Part shown: piece by piece, positions 40,935 through 53,511 of the stretch
Numbering within the stretch: the first letter of the stretch is position 1
How the letters are laid out: each line of letters begins with the position of its first letter
Assembly (NCBI RefSeq): GCF_006345805.1
Contig: NC_042999.1
Span: 61,194,001 to 61,258,000, forward strand
Direction: 5' to 3'
DNA length: 64,000 bases
From: Octopus sinensis
Taxonomy: Eukaryota
Notes under the pieces: generated by a model
The model's input: the letters and a program-made list of their open reading frames with translations, nothing else
Database searches by the model: none
Told to the model about the DNA's origin: nothing
Made by a program: the position numbers and the translations under genes

Positions 40935-41012
40935 CTGTCGATGTTCAAAATTACTTGGTTTATCATTGCTCCGAGTTCGAATAATCTATGGTGTCGACTT
41001 TTCTCATGAGTT
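40935..41012 (-). CDS. Candidate 78-nt exon B, THEKSRHHRLFELGAMINQVILNID
   Basis: Acceptor tctctttttattgaaatag|, donor CAG|gttaat; phase 2-2; in-frame stop just upstream of the acceptor. Confidence 0.35.
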
Positions 41013-41255
41013 CTATTTCAATAAAAAGAGAATAATGCAATGAAATTTACTCTTGAGTTTCGGCGAAGGCAAACCTTGTTATTAAGCGTGTATTTCTTAT
41101 CAAAGTTGAGGACTTGTGCGTAAGTTAATGGATATTTGATAGTAGCTATTAAGTAGTTGTTGCAGCTTTTGTATAGCCCCAACTCGATGTGATCGTATAT
41201 TCTTCTGGCTATGTCACACAGATAGTAGGGCAATGACCTGACACAAACATAAATC

Positions 41256-41668
41256 GGCGAGCTGGCAGAAACGTTAGCACGCCAGGCGAAATGCTTAGCA
41301 ATATTTCGTCTGCCGTTACGTTCTGAGTTCAAATTCCGCCGAGATCGATTTTGCCTTTCATCCTTTCGAGGTCGATAAATTAAGTACCAGTTACGCACTG
41401 GGGTCGATGTAATCGGCTTAATCCGTTTGTCTGTCCTTGTTTGTCCCCTTCTGTGTTTAGCCCCTTGTGGGTAGTAAAGAAATAGGTATTTCGTCTGTCG
41501 CTACGTTCTGAGTTCTAGTTCTGCCGAGGTCAACTTTGCCTTTCATCCTTTCGGGGTCGATAAATTAAGTACCAGTTACGCACTGGGGTCGATGTAATCG
41601 ACTTAATCCCTCTGTCTGTCCTTGTCTGTCCCCTCTATGTTTAGCCCATTGTGGGCAATAAAGAAATA
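41256..41668 (+). mobile_element. SINE S1 tandem dimer
   Basis: Full unit followed directly by a 5'-truncated second unit. Confidence 0.85.
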
Positions 41669-43264
41669 ACAAACATAAATGTGTTCTGCCAGCTATATCA
41701 TTCTTCAGCCTAGCTTAAGAGCATACTTGACACCAGACTTGAAGTTATGGAACTTATGACAGGGTGAGAAATATGACATAGCATTGCGATGTTCGTCTAC
41801 CCTTATTTTGAGAGGGCTGCATGTTTCGCCTTTGTATAACCTACCACAGCTGCATGGGATGGAGTGCACACAGTGTTTGGTGATATTCTCTTCTATCGGT
41901 GGTTGTACTCGAGGGAGATGCTATTTACTTGTAAATTGAACACTCGAAGAAATTGTACAATGTATTAAGTTTAAAAATCGTCTGGAATGGAGTATTCAAA
42001 TTCGGGTTACATACATATATGGGACGACAAATGCCGCGGAGATTCAGTTGCTGAGTAATCAAAATACTCAAGCTAAACATGGGCTCAATAACTTACGAAA
42101 CAAGAAGTGAAATTGCTTTCGCAGAAAGCCAAATTATAATTCATTGCCTTCCTCATTTCTTGTTCAGTCAGATTTTAGCCGACTTATTTATTACAATGGA
42201 AAACTTGCAATTGATTGCAAATTGTAAATAGAAGCGATCGTTTGTAATTAAGAACTATCGAACCTGCAATCGAAAAACCAGCAAGACTGCATCAGCCAAG
42301 GGATCTCTCTAATAACTAAAGTAAAAAGATATTACCATTGCTCTTTATTTTACTAAAGGAATTTATTTTTGTACTCAAAAATAACTTTTTTTTTCAGAAG
42401 ATATTAATTTTCTGGGTGTCAAGAGAATTTTTTTATCCGTGTTATATAAGAGAAGTAATGTATAATTATAATGGGAGTTTTATCGAAACAACAAAATATT
42501 TTTGTTTTGTGGTAGAGAATAATAGTGAATAAATGTGCAATTAATAGACATTGACATTTTTATGGAGATTATCACGTTACTGATAGAAAACAGGTCACCT
42601 TTGAAAAAATTTTAAGTGTTTATTTATTATCATAAATTTTTGCTCAAAAATTCTTTTCATTTCAAATTATCAATTTTTAAATATTCATAGAAATAGAAAA
42701 AATAATAAATTTCATGATACAGAAACTAATTTAAAGCAATTAATATTTAAAATTACGTTATTATTTGATAAATTTTACAAATTATTGTTTTCATAAAAGT
42801 TTTTAATATTTTTCAAAAGTGACCTACTGCTACCTTTATCCATTAATTATCCAAAAACTGAAATAATTTTTTCAGTAACAATGAGTAGGGGCCGCAAGAA
42901 AAAGTAAAGATTCGAACGTTGTCACGAGTTAAAAGTGGTTTCGAGCCACTGATCTGGTGTATCTCTTCATCCTCGCTTTCTGTGTTTTTCTTTCGGTGGT
43001 AGAATATGTTCTAATGGTGTCAAGAGGCGGCCACGTGGATATGATCAGTGCATGGGAATTATTATCCATCTGAGCCAATGATTGTTGATGAATTTCGGTA
43101 AAGTAGCTAGGTTATCTATATTAAAGTTTTCTCTAGAAAGCAACACGCACACACACAAACACAAACACAGGCATACACACACATTATACACATATATATA
43201 TATACATACGGAATCTTGCAAGTTTACTCTGTTATATATATATAATTTTTCGAGGTTGATAGGC

Positions 43265-43800
43265 AAGTCCTACTTTCTCATGCATTTTAGTTGCATTCTA
43301 GAGATTTAGATGTGATTTTCCTTGTGTATCTCGCATAGCCATGTATTATGATATGCTTGTATTGGATGTAGGATTTTATGTATTGTACAAGGTATCCATT
43401 ATTTTGATATGGACTGTCTAAACTTACAGTAACATCATTTAATATGTCGTTGTACCAAGTGTGATATTGAAATAGTTTCGTTTCATAAATTTGTTAATGT
43501 CATATTCTGACATTTTAAAATTTGATGTTATGCTTGCATGCCTTGATTTTTGTAAGAAATCTTCCGACATTATATGTATATATTGAGCGGAGCTGACATA
43601 CGAGGAAGGGAGATAATAACATTATTTCATTGTTGGTATTCTACTGTTATTGTTTCTGCAGGGTTGTTAATTTTGTGAAGATTTTGTATACATTGCCAGG
43701 CGGAATTTGTGTGAATTTCGGAATCTGTGTAGTGTATTGATATATCATTCGTTGTATTCTAAGCTCTTCAGCATCTAAAGGTGTAATTATCCTTAACGAA
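43265..43800 (-). pseudogene. Decayed ORF, possibly a PLE ORF N-terminal region
   Basis: One frame gives protein-like stretches (RFLTKIKACKHNIKF; YIQYKHIIIHGYARYTRKITSK) broken by in-frame stops; family assignment weak. Confidence 0.3.
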
Positions 43801-44519
43801 ATTACATCCTTCAATTAGCATTCACATTATGGACAATCAAACTTCTTTTCTAGTTTTTTATATATATATATATCAGTAGCGTTATTTGAAACGGTATATT
43901 GATCCCTATTTAAGATGATATGAGCAAATTGGTAGGATATTTGGCCCAACTGTAGCAAGCGGAGCAATGATGTGATGCCTCTACCTAGTTGACTGGAATT
44001 TTAAAATATATACATATTGTTCTCAGCCTTAGTTCTCATATACTGTTTCCAGTTGTTGAATCCATTATCCTCGCTTTATAAGTTTCCTTTCAAAAGTTAG
44101 TATTACCATTTGAGATAATATATCTTCTGATATGGACAAAAAAGAAAAACAGAGAAAAATAAGACATATTAGCTTATAAAACTTACATTTGTTCACCTTC
44201 AAAAGTCACGCCTCGGATCCTAGAGATTGTTGTCACTGTTCATCATAAAATAGACAGCAGTATAGTACTTGAACAATGTCTTTTACTATATTTTGAACTA
44301 AATAACAATGACATGTACAAGGCTCATTCCAGAAGTTTTAAGACTATTTCAGGAGAGATATTTATTACTTTCAATGTAGTACAAAACTCTAATCTTCTTC
44401 AAAGTGGGTCCCCCAATGTACTTTCTGTTACTATTCAGCCACTACGTGAAGGCTCCATGAAAGCCCTCCTAAGTGAACGTGTCCGGGACCCTTGTCACAG
44501 GCTATATACTATTGTCAAG

Positions 44520-44579
<60 letters not shown>

Positions 44580-44592
44580 TAATATTAATAAT

Positions 44593-45824
44593 CCCAGAGC
44601 CCAAGGAGGTCGAGGCCTGATCCAATTTGAACTAGCTTACAAAACAACCACAATTGGACTGGCCAAATATCTCGAAATATCGAATGACTGGATGCTAAAG
44701 CTCGTGGAAAAATCACGAGAGGACGAAAGAAGAAGCTTCATTCTATCATAAAGGAAAGCAAAGAATTTGCAATTGATCTCGTGCAGGATACCAAACTGAA
44801 CAACCCGAGGGAGTACGGCAACTATGTTGCAAAGAAGGTGAAAATGATGGCAATGAAAAAAGCGCACGAGGCAATTGGCTGATAGGTGGGAGGAGAAACC
44901 TCTGCACGGCAAATATGTGACCGCAGCAAACAAGCTGATGTTGACCAGAAGCAAACCCATCAATGGCTACGGAGCTCAGGGCTAAAAGCAGAGAGCGAAG
45001 GTTTCATCCTGGCTGCTCAAGATCAAAGCCTATTAACCCGGAACTACCAGGCCAATGTGACGAAAAATGGAGCAGACCCAAAATGCCGATTCTGCAACGA
45101 CATGATTGAAACAGTGGACCACCTAATCTCTGGATGTAAAGTCTTAGCACCAGTGGAGTATAAATTAAGACATGACAGAGTTGGCCAAAATCTCCACTGG
45201 CTAATAAGTCGGCATTACAATATCAAAACTGTCGACAAGTGGTATAATCACCACCCTGAGGCTGTAACTGAAGGAGAAAATGTAACCATTCTGTGGGACT
45301 TTCCAGTACATACAGACCGAACCATCAAGGCCAATAAACCAGATATTGTTGTGAAAGACCAACAATAAAGTTTGCTTATTGATCGACATGAGCATCCCCT
45401 GTGATCATAATATCTCACAGCGAAAGAGTTTGACAAGCTCAGAAAATATAAAGACCTACTCATTGAATTGAGAAAATGTGGCATCTCAAGGCGGTTACAA
45501 TACCAGTGATCGTAGGAGCACTAGGAATGATCAAGAAGGGAACCGAAAATTATATGAGAATGATCCCTGGCTTACCATCCCTGCAAGAAGTGGCAAAAGA
45601 TTGTCTTAACTGGTACATCACACGTATTGAGAAGAGCATTGTCGATGTGAGAACTGTTGCTGCTCATTTATTTTAATTTAACTTAAAAAAAAAGAAAAAA
45701 AAAATTAACGATGTACTGAGTTTGGTTTAATGGCCTACCATTGTATACTATGAGTTTCTTTGCCCTAGGAGTCGGGAAGACACTCGGCAAGAAATGGAAG
45801 CAAATTTGAAAGAAGAAAAAAAAA

Positions 45825-45825
<1 letters not shown>
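44593..45825 (+). mobile_element. 5'-truncated R4/Dong-like non-LTR retrotransposon flanked by (TAA)n
   Basis: PRAQGGRGLIQFELAYK, CCHC knuckle CRFC..ETVDHLISGC, RHDRV, restriction-like endonuclease ILWD..NKPDIVV..LLIDMS; stop at 45650; (TAA)n at 44520-44592 and 45826-45874. Confidence 0.85.
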
Positions 45826-45874
<49 letters not shown>

Positions 45875-45943
45875 TACAACAACAACAACAAAAACATCGA
45901 AAAATATCTTAGGAATGAGAATCCATGTTCGAAATTTCCCCAA

Positions 45944-45989
45944 GGCACCTGATGAAGGCTGGAGAGTATATCAGCCGAAACTTTATGCT
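45944..45989 (+). ncRNA. Type I hammerhead fold with canonical C3:G8 core, degenerate stems I and III
   Basis: GGCAC-CUGAUGA-A-GGCUG..CAGCC-GAAA-CUUU-AUGCU. Confidence 0.6.
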
Positions 45990-47299
45990 AACAACACAGA
46001 AGATGAGGACAAATATCCGTCAAATGTAAATAATGTAAATAATCCCCACTGTATTCTGCAAACTAGTCAGTTGTGACAAGCTGTGTTTAGTAGGGTGAGT
46101 TCAAAATTCTGTGTTTAGTACAGGGAGTTCAGATGTCTCCTTCAATCTGGAACAACAAAAGTTGGCAAGTCAGTTTATTAGAGGAATATTAATTATATAC
46201 TTAAATTACAATATTCTAGGACAGATATAGATGTCTCTCCTAAAAATGTCTTAAACTTTCTAGATGGCACCTCGTAAACTTGTTTAATTAACTGGCTAAA
46301 GGTATTTATTTTATTCTCAGAAGCTATTGAAAATTGCAATTATTTGTATTTGTGATTATTCCTGAAGAATTCCCTCCGTCAATGACTGCTCAGTGCTACT
46401 GCATTTTAAAGGAATTAGAAAAAAACTGTTGCACGTTTGTCAACTTTTACAGCGCCTTCCAGGTTGATGGACAGGCGGATCGTTAATTTGTCCTAAGGTA
46501 TCTGCTTCGGGTATTTGTATTATTAGTTTTCTTGATTTCCTTGAAGGGTAGAATTAACCTGGCACCCAGTTTAGCGATAACATCTGGCCCTCACCAAGTG
46601 TCTTTCATGGACTCCCCTCTGTTGCACGCATTCCGGCCTTGTTTCCAATTTGAGGCTACCTTCCTCCTTCGATCTCACATGTCTCAAAGGACCTGAAATA
46701 TCTATGGGCTCTGCCCCACCATTTTGTTAAGCGATAAATTTACAATATAGATTATATATAGCATGTTCGAATTTTTGTGGGAGTTCAATGCGACAAACCT
46801 TACGAATATTTGAAATGCCTTTTAATGTTGAAATGTTTAAAAGAGATCTAAAAAGATGAAGAAATGGTGCATTACTACTCATAAATATATAATTTCAAAA
46901 ATAAAAATATAATATATTTATGTTTTAGCAATTCTATCTGAAAATATTTGCAATAGATTTAACTTATTGAAGATATTTAATGAAAGAAATTGGCAAATCA
47001 AGTGTAGGAGATAAGAGGTTTCTCAAGAAAAATATCAAATTTGAAGGTAAATATGAAAAACAATATTGCTATTAAAAATGTTTTCCAAAAATTATTTATT
47101 TCCGGTAAATAGATAAATCGACATTTTTTTTCATCTAACACCCGTTTTAAGGTGTAAGATGTTTGATCAAAATTATTGATGATTATATGAAGATGGTGAA
47201 ATGTTTGCCTCTCACTGCAAATATTTTCAAGATGCTACTCTTAAGACTAAATGCAATGGAAAACGGCACACAAATATATGTGATGCACACTTTCTAGAT

Positions 47300-47800
47300 T
47301 TCCCGAGACATTAAACATGTGAATGTGCATATGCTGCATTTCACGCAAAATATCAAAATGTAAGCAATTACTTGTGCACCCCGCTCTTATGATCAGCAAT
47401 ATTTGTTAATATGTTCATCAATCACCCTCCTTTCAAATACGTCAAACGTGATGGAGCCAATCATACAGAACAATTTCTTCGATCGACAAGAGATTTTGTC
47501 TTTTCTCAACAGTTAACCAAAATAGATCAGAGATGTGCCGTGTCCTCATAGTAGTGATTTCGTAATCTTGAAAACAATATCAAGGATGATATTTTCACAA
47601 TAGACTCACATTGTTTTCCACAAGCTTGTCATCTTTGTTGCACCCCTTAGTTCGAAATAGTGGATATGCCAACCATGACAAGCTATTCTTTCACAGTAGA
47701 CCCCCATTTCATTGTACGCTAATGAGCTCAAAACTGTTCAACCGAACTTTTTTCATGCATGCATAATTCAACACAGGCATTCAGTGTTACTGCCTTTTTA
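47300..47800 (-). mobile_element. Possible highly decayed mariner transposase fragment
   Basis: Only weak resemblance (LTVEKRQNLLSI..); many stops. Confidence 0.25.
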
Positions 47801-48126
47801 AAATAACATTTCTTTCATTCTTCCAATGACTGGGGCACGTTAAACATATGTTATCCGAAATTCGCCCAACTTCACAATCAAAAGATCATGATATGCATGA
47901 TCACAACTGGGATATATATAACAGCTTAATTATCTGATAGGATATGACAGCTACAGACAACACACACTCAGCAACAAATTTTAAGCACATATCCATGGAT
48001 AATCTTTAGGTGCTGTTTATAATCCTTCCTCATTATAGAAATTTTTCATCGATTAAATGAATTCTGTGCCCACGTGAGTCGGATATACATACATATATAT
48101 GTGTGTGTATATATATATATATATAT

Positions 48127-49480
48127 GAAAAAATAAGTCAAAATAGAAAATGCTAAAATAATTTTATAAAGAACATTTCAGTACCGGTTTCGGTCATTTT
48201 GAGACCTTTTCAACTGTAACGATTAAATAATTAAAATTAGAAAAATTAGAAGAAAATTTTTTTTAAAGGAATATTTGTATAGTTTTCAAATATAAGTGGC
48301 ATTCTGCCTTTCTCTGACTCCCTTGTTTGCACTTGTGTGTTCGAGGTCGTTGTGAATTCTTGGTAGGGTAGAAGAAGAAGAAGGCTGATGAGGAGAGGGG
48401 GTGGAAAAATTTGGTGGAAAAATAGTTTGCGTAAAAGAATGGCCCTGCACAGATCCCAGATAAAAATTCCCCAAAATAGAAAAATAGCTTTCAGCCAACA
48501 CATAGATACTTGCGCCAACAACAAAACACCAGGCTTCAGGATTTTCCCCCTCTACCAATTTAGAGACGATACAACCTCGAGACAACGAATAAGTAAAGAA
48601 ACTCTCTTTATTACAAAATACAGGCCACCTCTTAACGGGTCTACGACAAACGATTAATATACCTCAACTTTAGAATAAAAGAAATACAGACACAAATATT
48701 ACATTCCAAAGAATCCATTACTAATCAGCCCCAATCAGAGCTATAATCCATAACATGCCAACTTCAAGTCATACAACACCTCACTACTTTCACCCATTCA
48801 TATTCTCCCTTCTCTGTTTTCTTCTTCTTCCTCTTCTTCTTCATCATCATCATTATCATCATCATCGTCGTCATCATCATCACCACCATTATCATCATCA
48901 TCTTCTTCTTTTCCTTCTTCTTCTTCTTCTTCTTCTCATCATCATCAACATCGTCATCTCTTCTTCTTCGTCTTCTTCTTCCTTCTTTCTTCTCTCTTCT
49001 TCTTCTTCTTCTTCTTTCTTCTTCTTCTTCTGCTCCACTTCTACCTCTAACTTTATCACTAATGCTTTTTAGTAAAACACCTACGCAAATTCCATAAACA
49101 AACCCTCTCAATAGAAATATTCTCCTGAATGAACTGCAACTGCTAGCCGTCACTGACCATTCAAAATATAACAATCAAGGCACACTCCAAATTTTTCCAC
49201 CCCTCTCCTCATCAGCTTTCTTCTTCTTCTACCCTACCAAGAATTCACAACGACCCTCGAAACCACACAAGTGCAAACAAAGGGAGTCAGAAAAGGCAGA
49301 ATGCCACATATATTGAAAACTATACAAAATTCTTTAAAAATTTTCTCTAATTTTCTAAATTTAAATTAATCGTTTTTTTAATTTTTCTTTCTTACAGTGA
49401 AAAGGTCTCAAAAGACCGAAACCGGTACTGAAATGTTCTTTATAAAATTATTTTAGCATTTTCTATTTTGACCTATTTTC
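48127..49480 (+). mobile_element. PLE 3' remnant with an inverted terminal duplication (about 290-bp arms)
   Basis: Arms 48127-48414 and 49187-49480; interior encodes a GIY-YIG C-terminus HIDTCANNKTPGFRIFPLYQ..RISKETLFITKYRPPLN, then (CTT)/(CAT) tracts. Confidence 0.85.
48179..48216 (-). ncRNA. Minimal type I hammerhead fold, U3:A8 variant
   Basis: CAG-UUGAAAA-GGUC(UCAAAAU)GACC-GAAA-CCGG-UA-CUG; the mirror copy at 49395-49430 lacks one U. Confidence 0.65.
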
Positions 49481-49572
49481 ATATATATCAACTCGTGTGG
49501 TCTTTTCACCCTTATTACATATATATAATATATAGAAATAGTATATATATATATTATAATATATATATATAG

Positions 49573-49638
<66 letters not shown>

Positions 49639-49659
49639 TTATATATATATTCTTCCCTT

Positions 49660-50340
49660 ATTCTTACCTTCATTTTGAGGTTTACTGCTCACTTTAGTAA
49701 CGCCCGAAACATTTTCTGTACCCATCCCTCTAAATTAGTGCCTGCAAACATATCACCCCCACCCTCACTCCTCACACATAATCATTCGTTACACTTATCA
49801 TATTCATTCCTTACCTCTTCCACTTTATTTCTTCTTTCCTCACCTATTCCTTTTGACCAACCCCCTCATTTTAACATATGCATCTTTTCACTCCTCTCTA
49901 TCTACTTAATACTATCACTATGTTCACAAAATTTCATTCACATCACGAGACCCCTTTCAATGAGCAGCATATTGTATCAACGTCTCCACACTTTCTATTT
50001 GTAATTACAAAATATGGACTCCTATCAGTATTTACATACCATGAACAAGTAAGCATTTCTACCACTTCTACAAACAAATTTCCTTGGATAATAGAACTAC
50101 AACTAAAACATCGTACATATATTTTTACTTTTATTCCCTTATTTCCCTTCTTATTTTACATCATTTTCCAAAATAACCCCTTATATTGAACTATACTATT
50201 TCCTCTATTTAACCATCTCACATCGTCTCTAATGAAGGGATATCCCTAATATCCCAGAAACAGCTGTAAGACTACCTTTCTCTTTATAAATGTTCTGAAA
50301 ATTCAACACAGCCTTGGCTTTATTGTATCATTTTATTTAA
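49660..50340 (+). mobile_element. PLE-type pyrimidine-rich 3' tail with degenerate hammerhead
   Basis: GUCU-CUAAUGA-A-GGGAUA..UAUCCC-A-GAAA-CAGCUG-UA-AGAC at 50226-50272 (G5 to A change). Confidence 0.55.
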
Positions 50341-50458
50341 TATATATATATATATATATATAATATATATTATATATATATATTATATATATATATGCAC
50401 ATATAATAGCATGTATGTACTGTGTCGGAGGTGCGTATACGTATATGCATGCACATTG

Positions 50459-50506
<48 letters not shown>

Positions 50507-50630
50507 TATATGTATGTATATATCTGCACATGGAGAGACAACTTTATACATATATATATACACACACGTATTGTATATGTATCTATGTGTGTGTTTGTAT
50601 ACACATATGCATAAATATACACGCACACGC

Positions 50631-50677
<47 letters not shown>

Positions 50678-50724
50678 AATATACATACATATATACTATA
50701 TATTATATATATATATATTAATAA

Positions 50725-50775
<51 letters not shown>

Positions 50776-52730
50776 TGCTTATAGGTTTTTGTGTGGTAGA
50801 ATGCATGTGTATATGTGTGAGTGTGTGAGTGTAGGTGCATAGGGGCGTGTGTATGAATCTGTATGGCCTTAATGGACCGTTATATTAACTCATCATCAAT
50901 TGATAAATATATCTTGATGCAGGAAAATGTGTCCTACTTCATCTTTGTGTAGGCATTCAGCGCAAACTTTCTTGAGGTCTTTTGTATTACAGACGTCTGG
51001 ACATTCGAAAATTATAGTCGGTTCACTGTAATTAGTTCAATAATTGTGAGGAATTTTATAGTGAGAGTTCCATAAATAAACGCGAAGCAAGGATTAAAAT
51101 ACACGCATACCTATGTGTTGGTGTGTGAGTACTCTCTCAAATGAATGTGATCGTGCTTTCATATATATATAAAGATATATATATATATTATATATTATAT
51201 ATATATATATATATATATCGATATATATATATGTATATACATCTTTATATATATATATAAATATTCATACATATATATACATATACATTCATATATATAC
51301 ATATATATACATACATATAAATACTCACACACACAAAATCACACTCACATATAATATATAGTATGTAGTATATATGTTATATATATATTATATATATATA
51401 TTATGTATTATGTATATATGTATATATATATATATTTATATAATAATATTTATATATATATATATATATTGATATTATTATATATATGTATGTATATACA
51501 TCCATATATATATATATATATATAATATATATTATATATATATATACTATATATAATAAAATATAATAAAGAGAGGGAGAGAGAGAAAGATAAGTAACTA
51601 ACTGATACTAGTTCGTTTGTACGTATGTATATCAGTGTCCATATGCTATACGAATACAGATTAGTTACCTAAATGTAAACATATACAATATGCGTGCACA
51701 CTCATATACGCGGGTAAATATATAGGTGTGTATGGGCGTGTGTGATTGTGTGGTATGTATATACATAGGTGCAGGTATAAGATTATATGTGTGTGCGTTT
51801 ATGTGTCTGTGACTTTGTCTCTGTATGTTTGTTTTTGTGTGTGTATTTGTGTTTTCTTTGTGTCTAATAACTTCAATAATTTGATAGAAATTCCAATATC
51901 ACCGTCAATTATGATGGTGGTGAAAGCATTTCTACACCAAAGTCAGTACGTTAAAAAGTTCAACGTAAATAAAAGAAAACAAACAAGTTTTCACTATTTA
52001 TTATACTCGTGTGTATTTCGATACTGCCTAGACTACAACTGAGCAACAAAGTGCACCGGGAGGAAAAAAAAAAATTCTATACTTTATATCTAGACGTAAC
52101 CTATTTGATATCGCGACTTAATTAGCACCAATTAAAATATAGACTCCGCGTTGTTACTTGGATAAATGCATTATATTCTTAGCAGCAATAAAAGAATTAA
52201 ATCATATTAAGTAAATTGAAGGAGACTGTAATTATATGTGTGTGTGTTTCTGTGTACACACAAAAGAGTGAGAGAGAGAATACAGCGATAGACAAATAGA
52301 AAGATTGATAGATAGATAAATATGCAAGTATCCTGAGTCAATAGCTTATAGAACGTTCTGATTGTTTTGTAGTCTCAGAGCGATATTAAGTGCTATTTAA
52401 ATTGTTTACCGAATAATTTCTCTGGAGATTACAAAAAGCTGGGAGTTCCTCTGTGATTCTCTATGTATATGTGAGTGTTTATGTAGCTGCGTTTGAGTCT
52501 ATGTATGTGGAAATATGTGTGCGACCATAGAGATATGTTACTGTTGCATGTAACATTTGTTGCATTTGGTCTTGGTGGTTTTCATCATATTTTTATCCCA
52601 AATTTTTCCCTCTCTAAAGAAACATTGGAAACCATTATAAGCTTCGCCATCTGCAATTTGGAACATTATTTGGTACTGCATTTTCCACTGTGTTCCTACC
52701 CGTTATTGAAAGGGTATGATGTTATTGAAA

Positions 52731-52960
52731 GGTGGCGAGCTGGCAGAATCGTTAGCACGCCGGGCGAAATGCTGAGCGGTATTTCGTCTGCCGTTACGTT
52801 GTGAGTTAAAATTCTGCCGAGGTCGACTTTGCCTTTCATCCTTTCAGGGTCGATAACTTAAGTACAAGTTACGCACTGGGGTCGATGTAATCGACTTAAT
52901 ACCTATGTCAGTCCTTGTTTGTCCCCTCTATGTTTAGCCCCTTGTGGGTAATAAAGAAAT
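52731..52960 (+). mobile_element. SINE S1, full length, with 19-bp target-site duplication
   Basis: gggtatgatgttattgaaa (52712-52730) and gggtatgatgtaattgaaa (52961-52979). Confidence 0.9.
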
Positions 52961-53511
52961 GGGTATGATGTAATTGAAATGATTTCTGATTGCTATGTCC
53001 AGCAGATAGGCTTTCCGTAAGGGTTTTAATAATAATTCTTTGTTAGAGTCGGTAAAATATCAGTCGAATCGTTATATATTGTTCTGTATCTGAGACCAAT
53101 TTCATTATTTTGGCCAGCTTCTTTTTACTAATCGAGAAAACACAGAATCGATTAAGGAGTTTTGTTTTATCTCAGAACTCGTTCCCATGCATTTGTTTTC
53201 TCAATATCTGGAATACTTAATTTTTGTATGAAATGCTTGAGTCATATTGTTATGTATTTCGTTCCACAACTACGAAACCATTCCAACAGCGTAGTATTTG
53301 AACATATATAATCTTGTTCAGTATTGGGTTAATCAACACAATGGGAGTGAGACTTGTTTGAAACATATTCCACGCTAGTCTGCACACACGTACATATATA
53401 TATATATACTTACATAAATACATACATGTATGTACACACATACATACATACATGTATGTATGTATGTGAAGACGCATGGATTAGTAGTTAGGGCTTTCGG
53501 CTCGCGATTGT

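Larger units (their letters stand above)
44316..46276 (-). mobile_element. Mariner-derived element (about 47-bp imperfect TIRs) split by a nested insertion at about 44501-46043
   Basis: tacaaggctcattccagaagttttaagac vs (rc) tacgaggtgccatctagaaagtttaagac; minus frame VTRVPDTFT*EGFHGAFT*WL is mariner C-terminus-like. Confidence 0.7.

Noticed and set aside
42590-42830. Weak 25-bp inverted repeat (caggtcacctttgaaaa / tttcaaaagtgaccta)
   Set aside because: Short, AT-rich and without a TSD; cannot be called a MITE.
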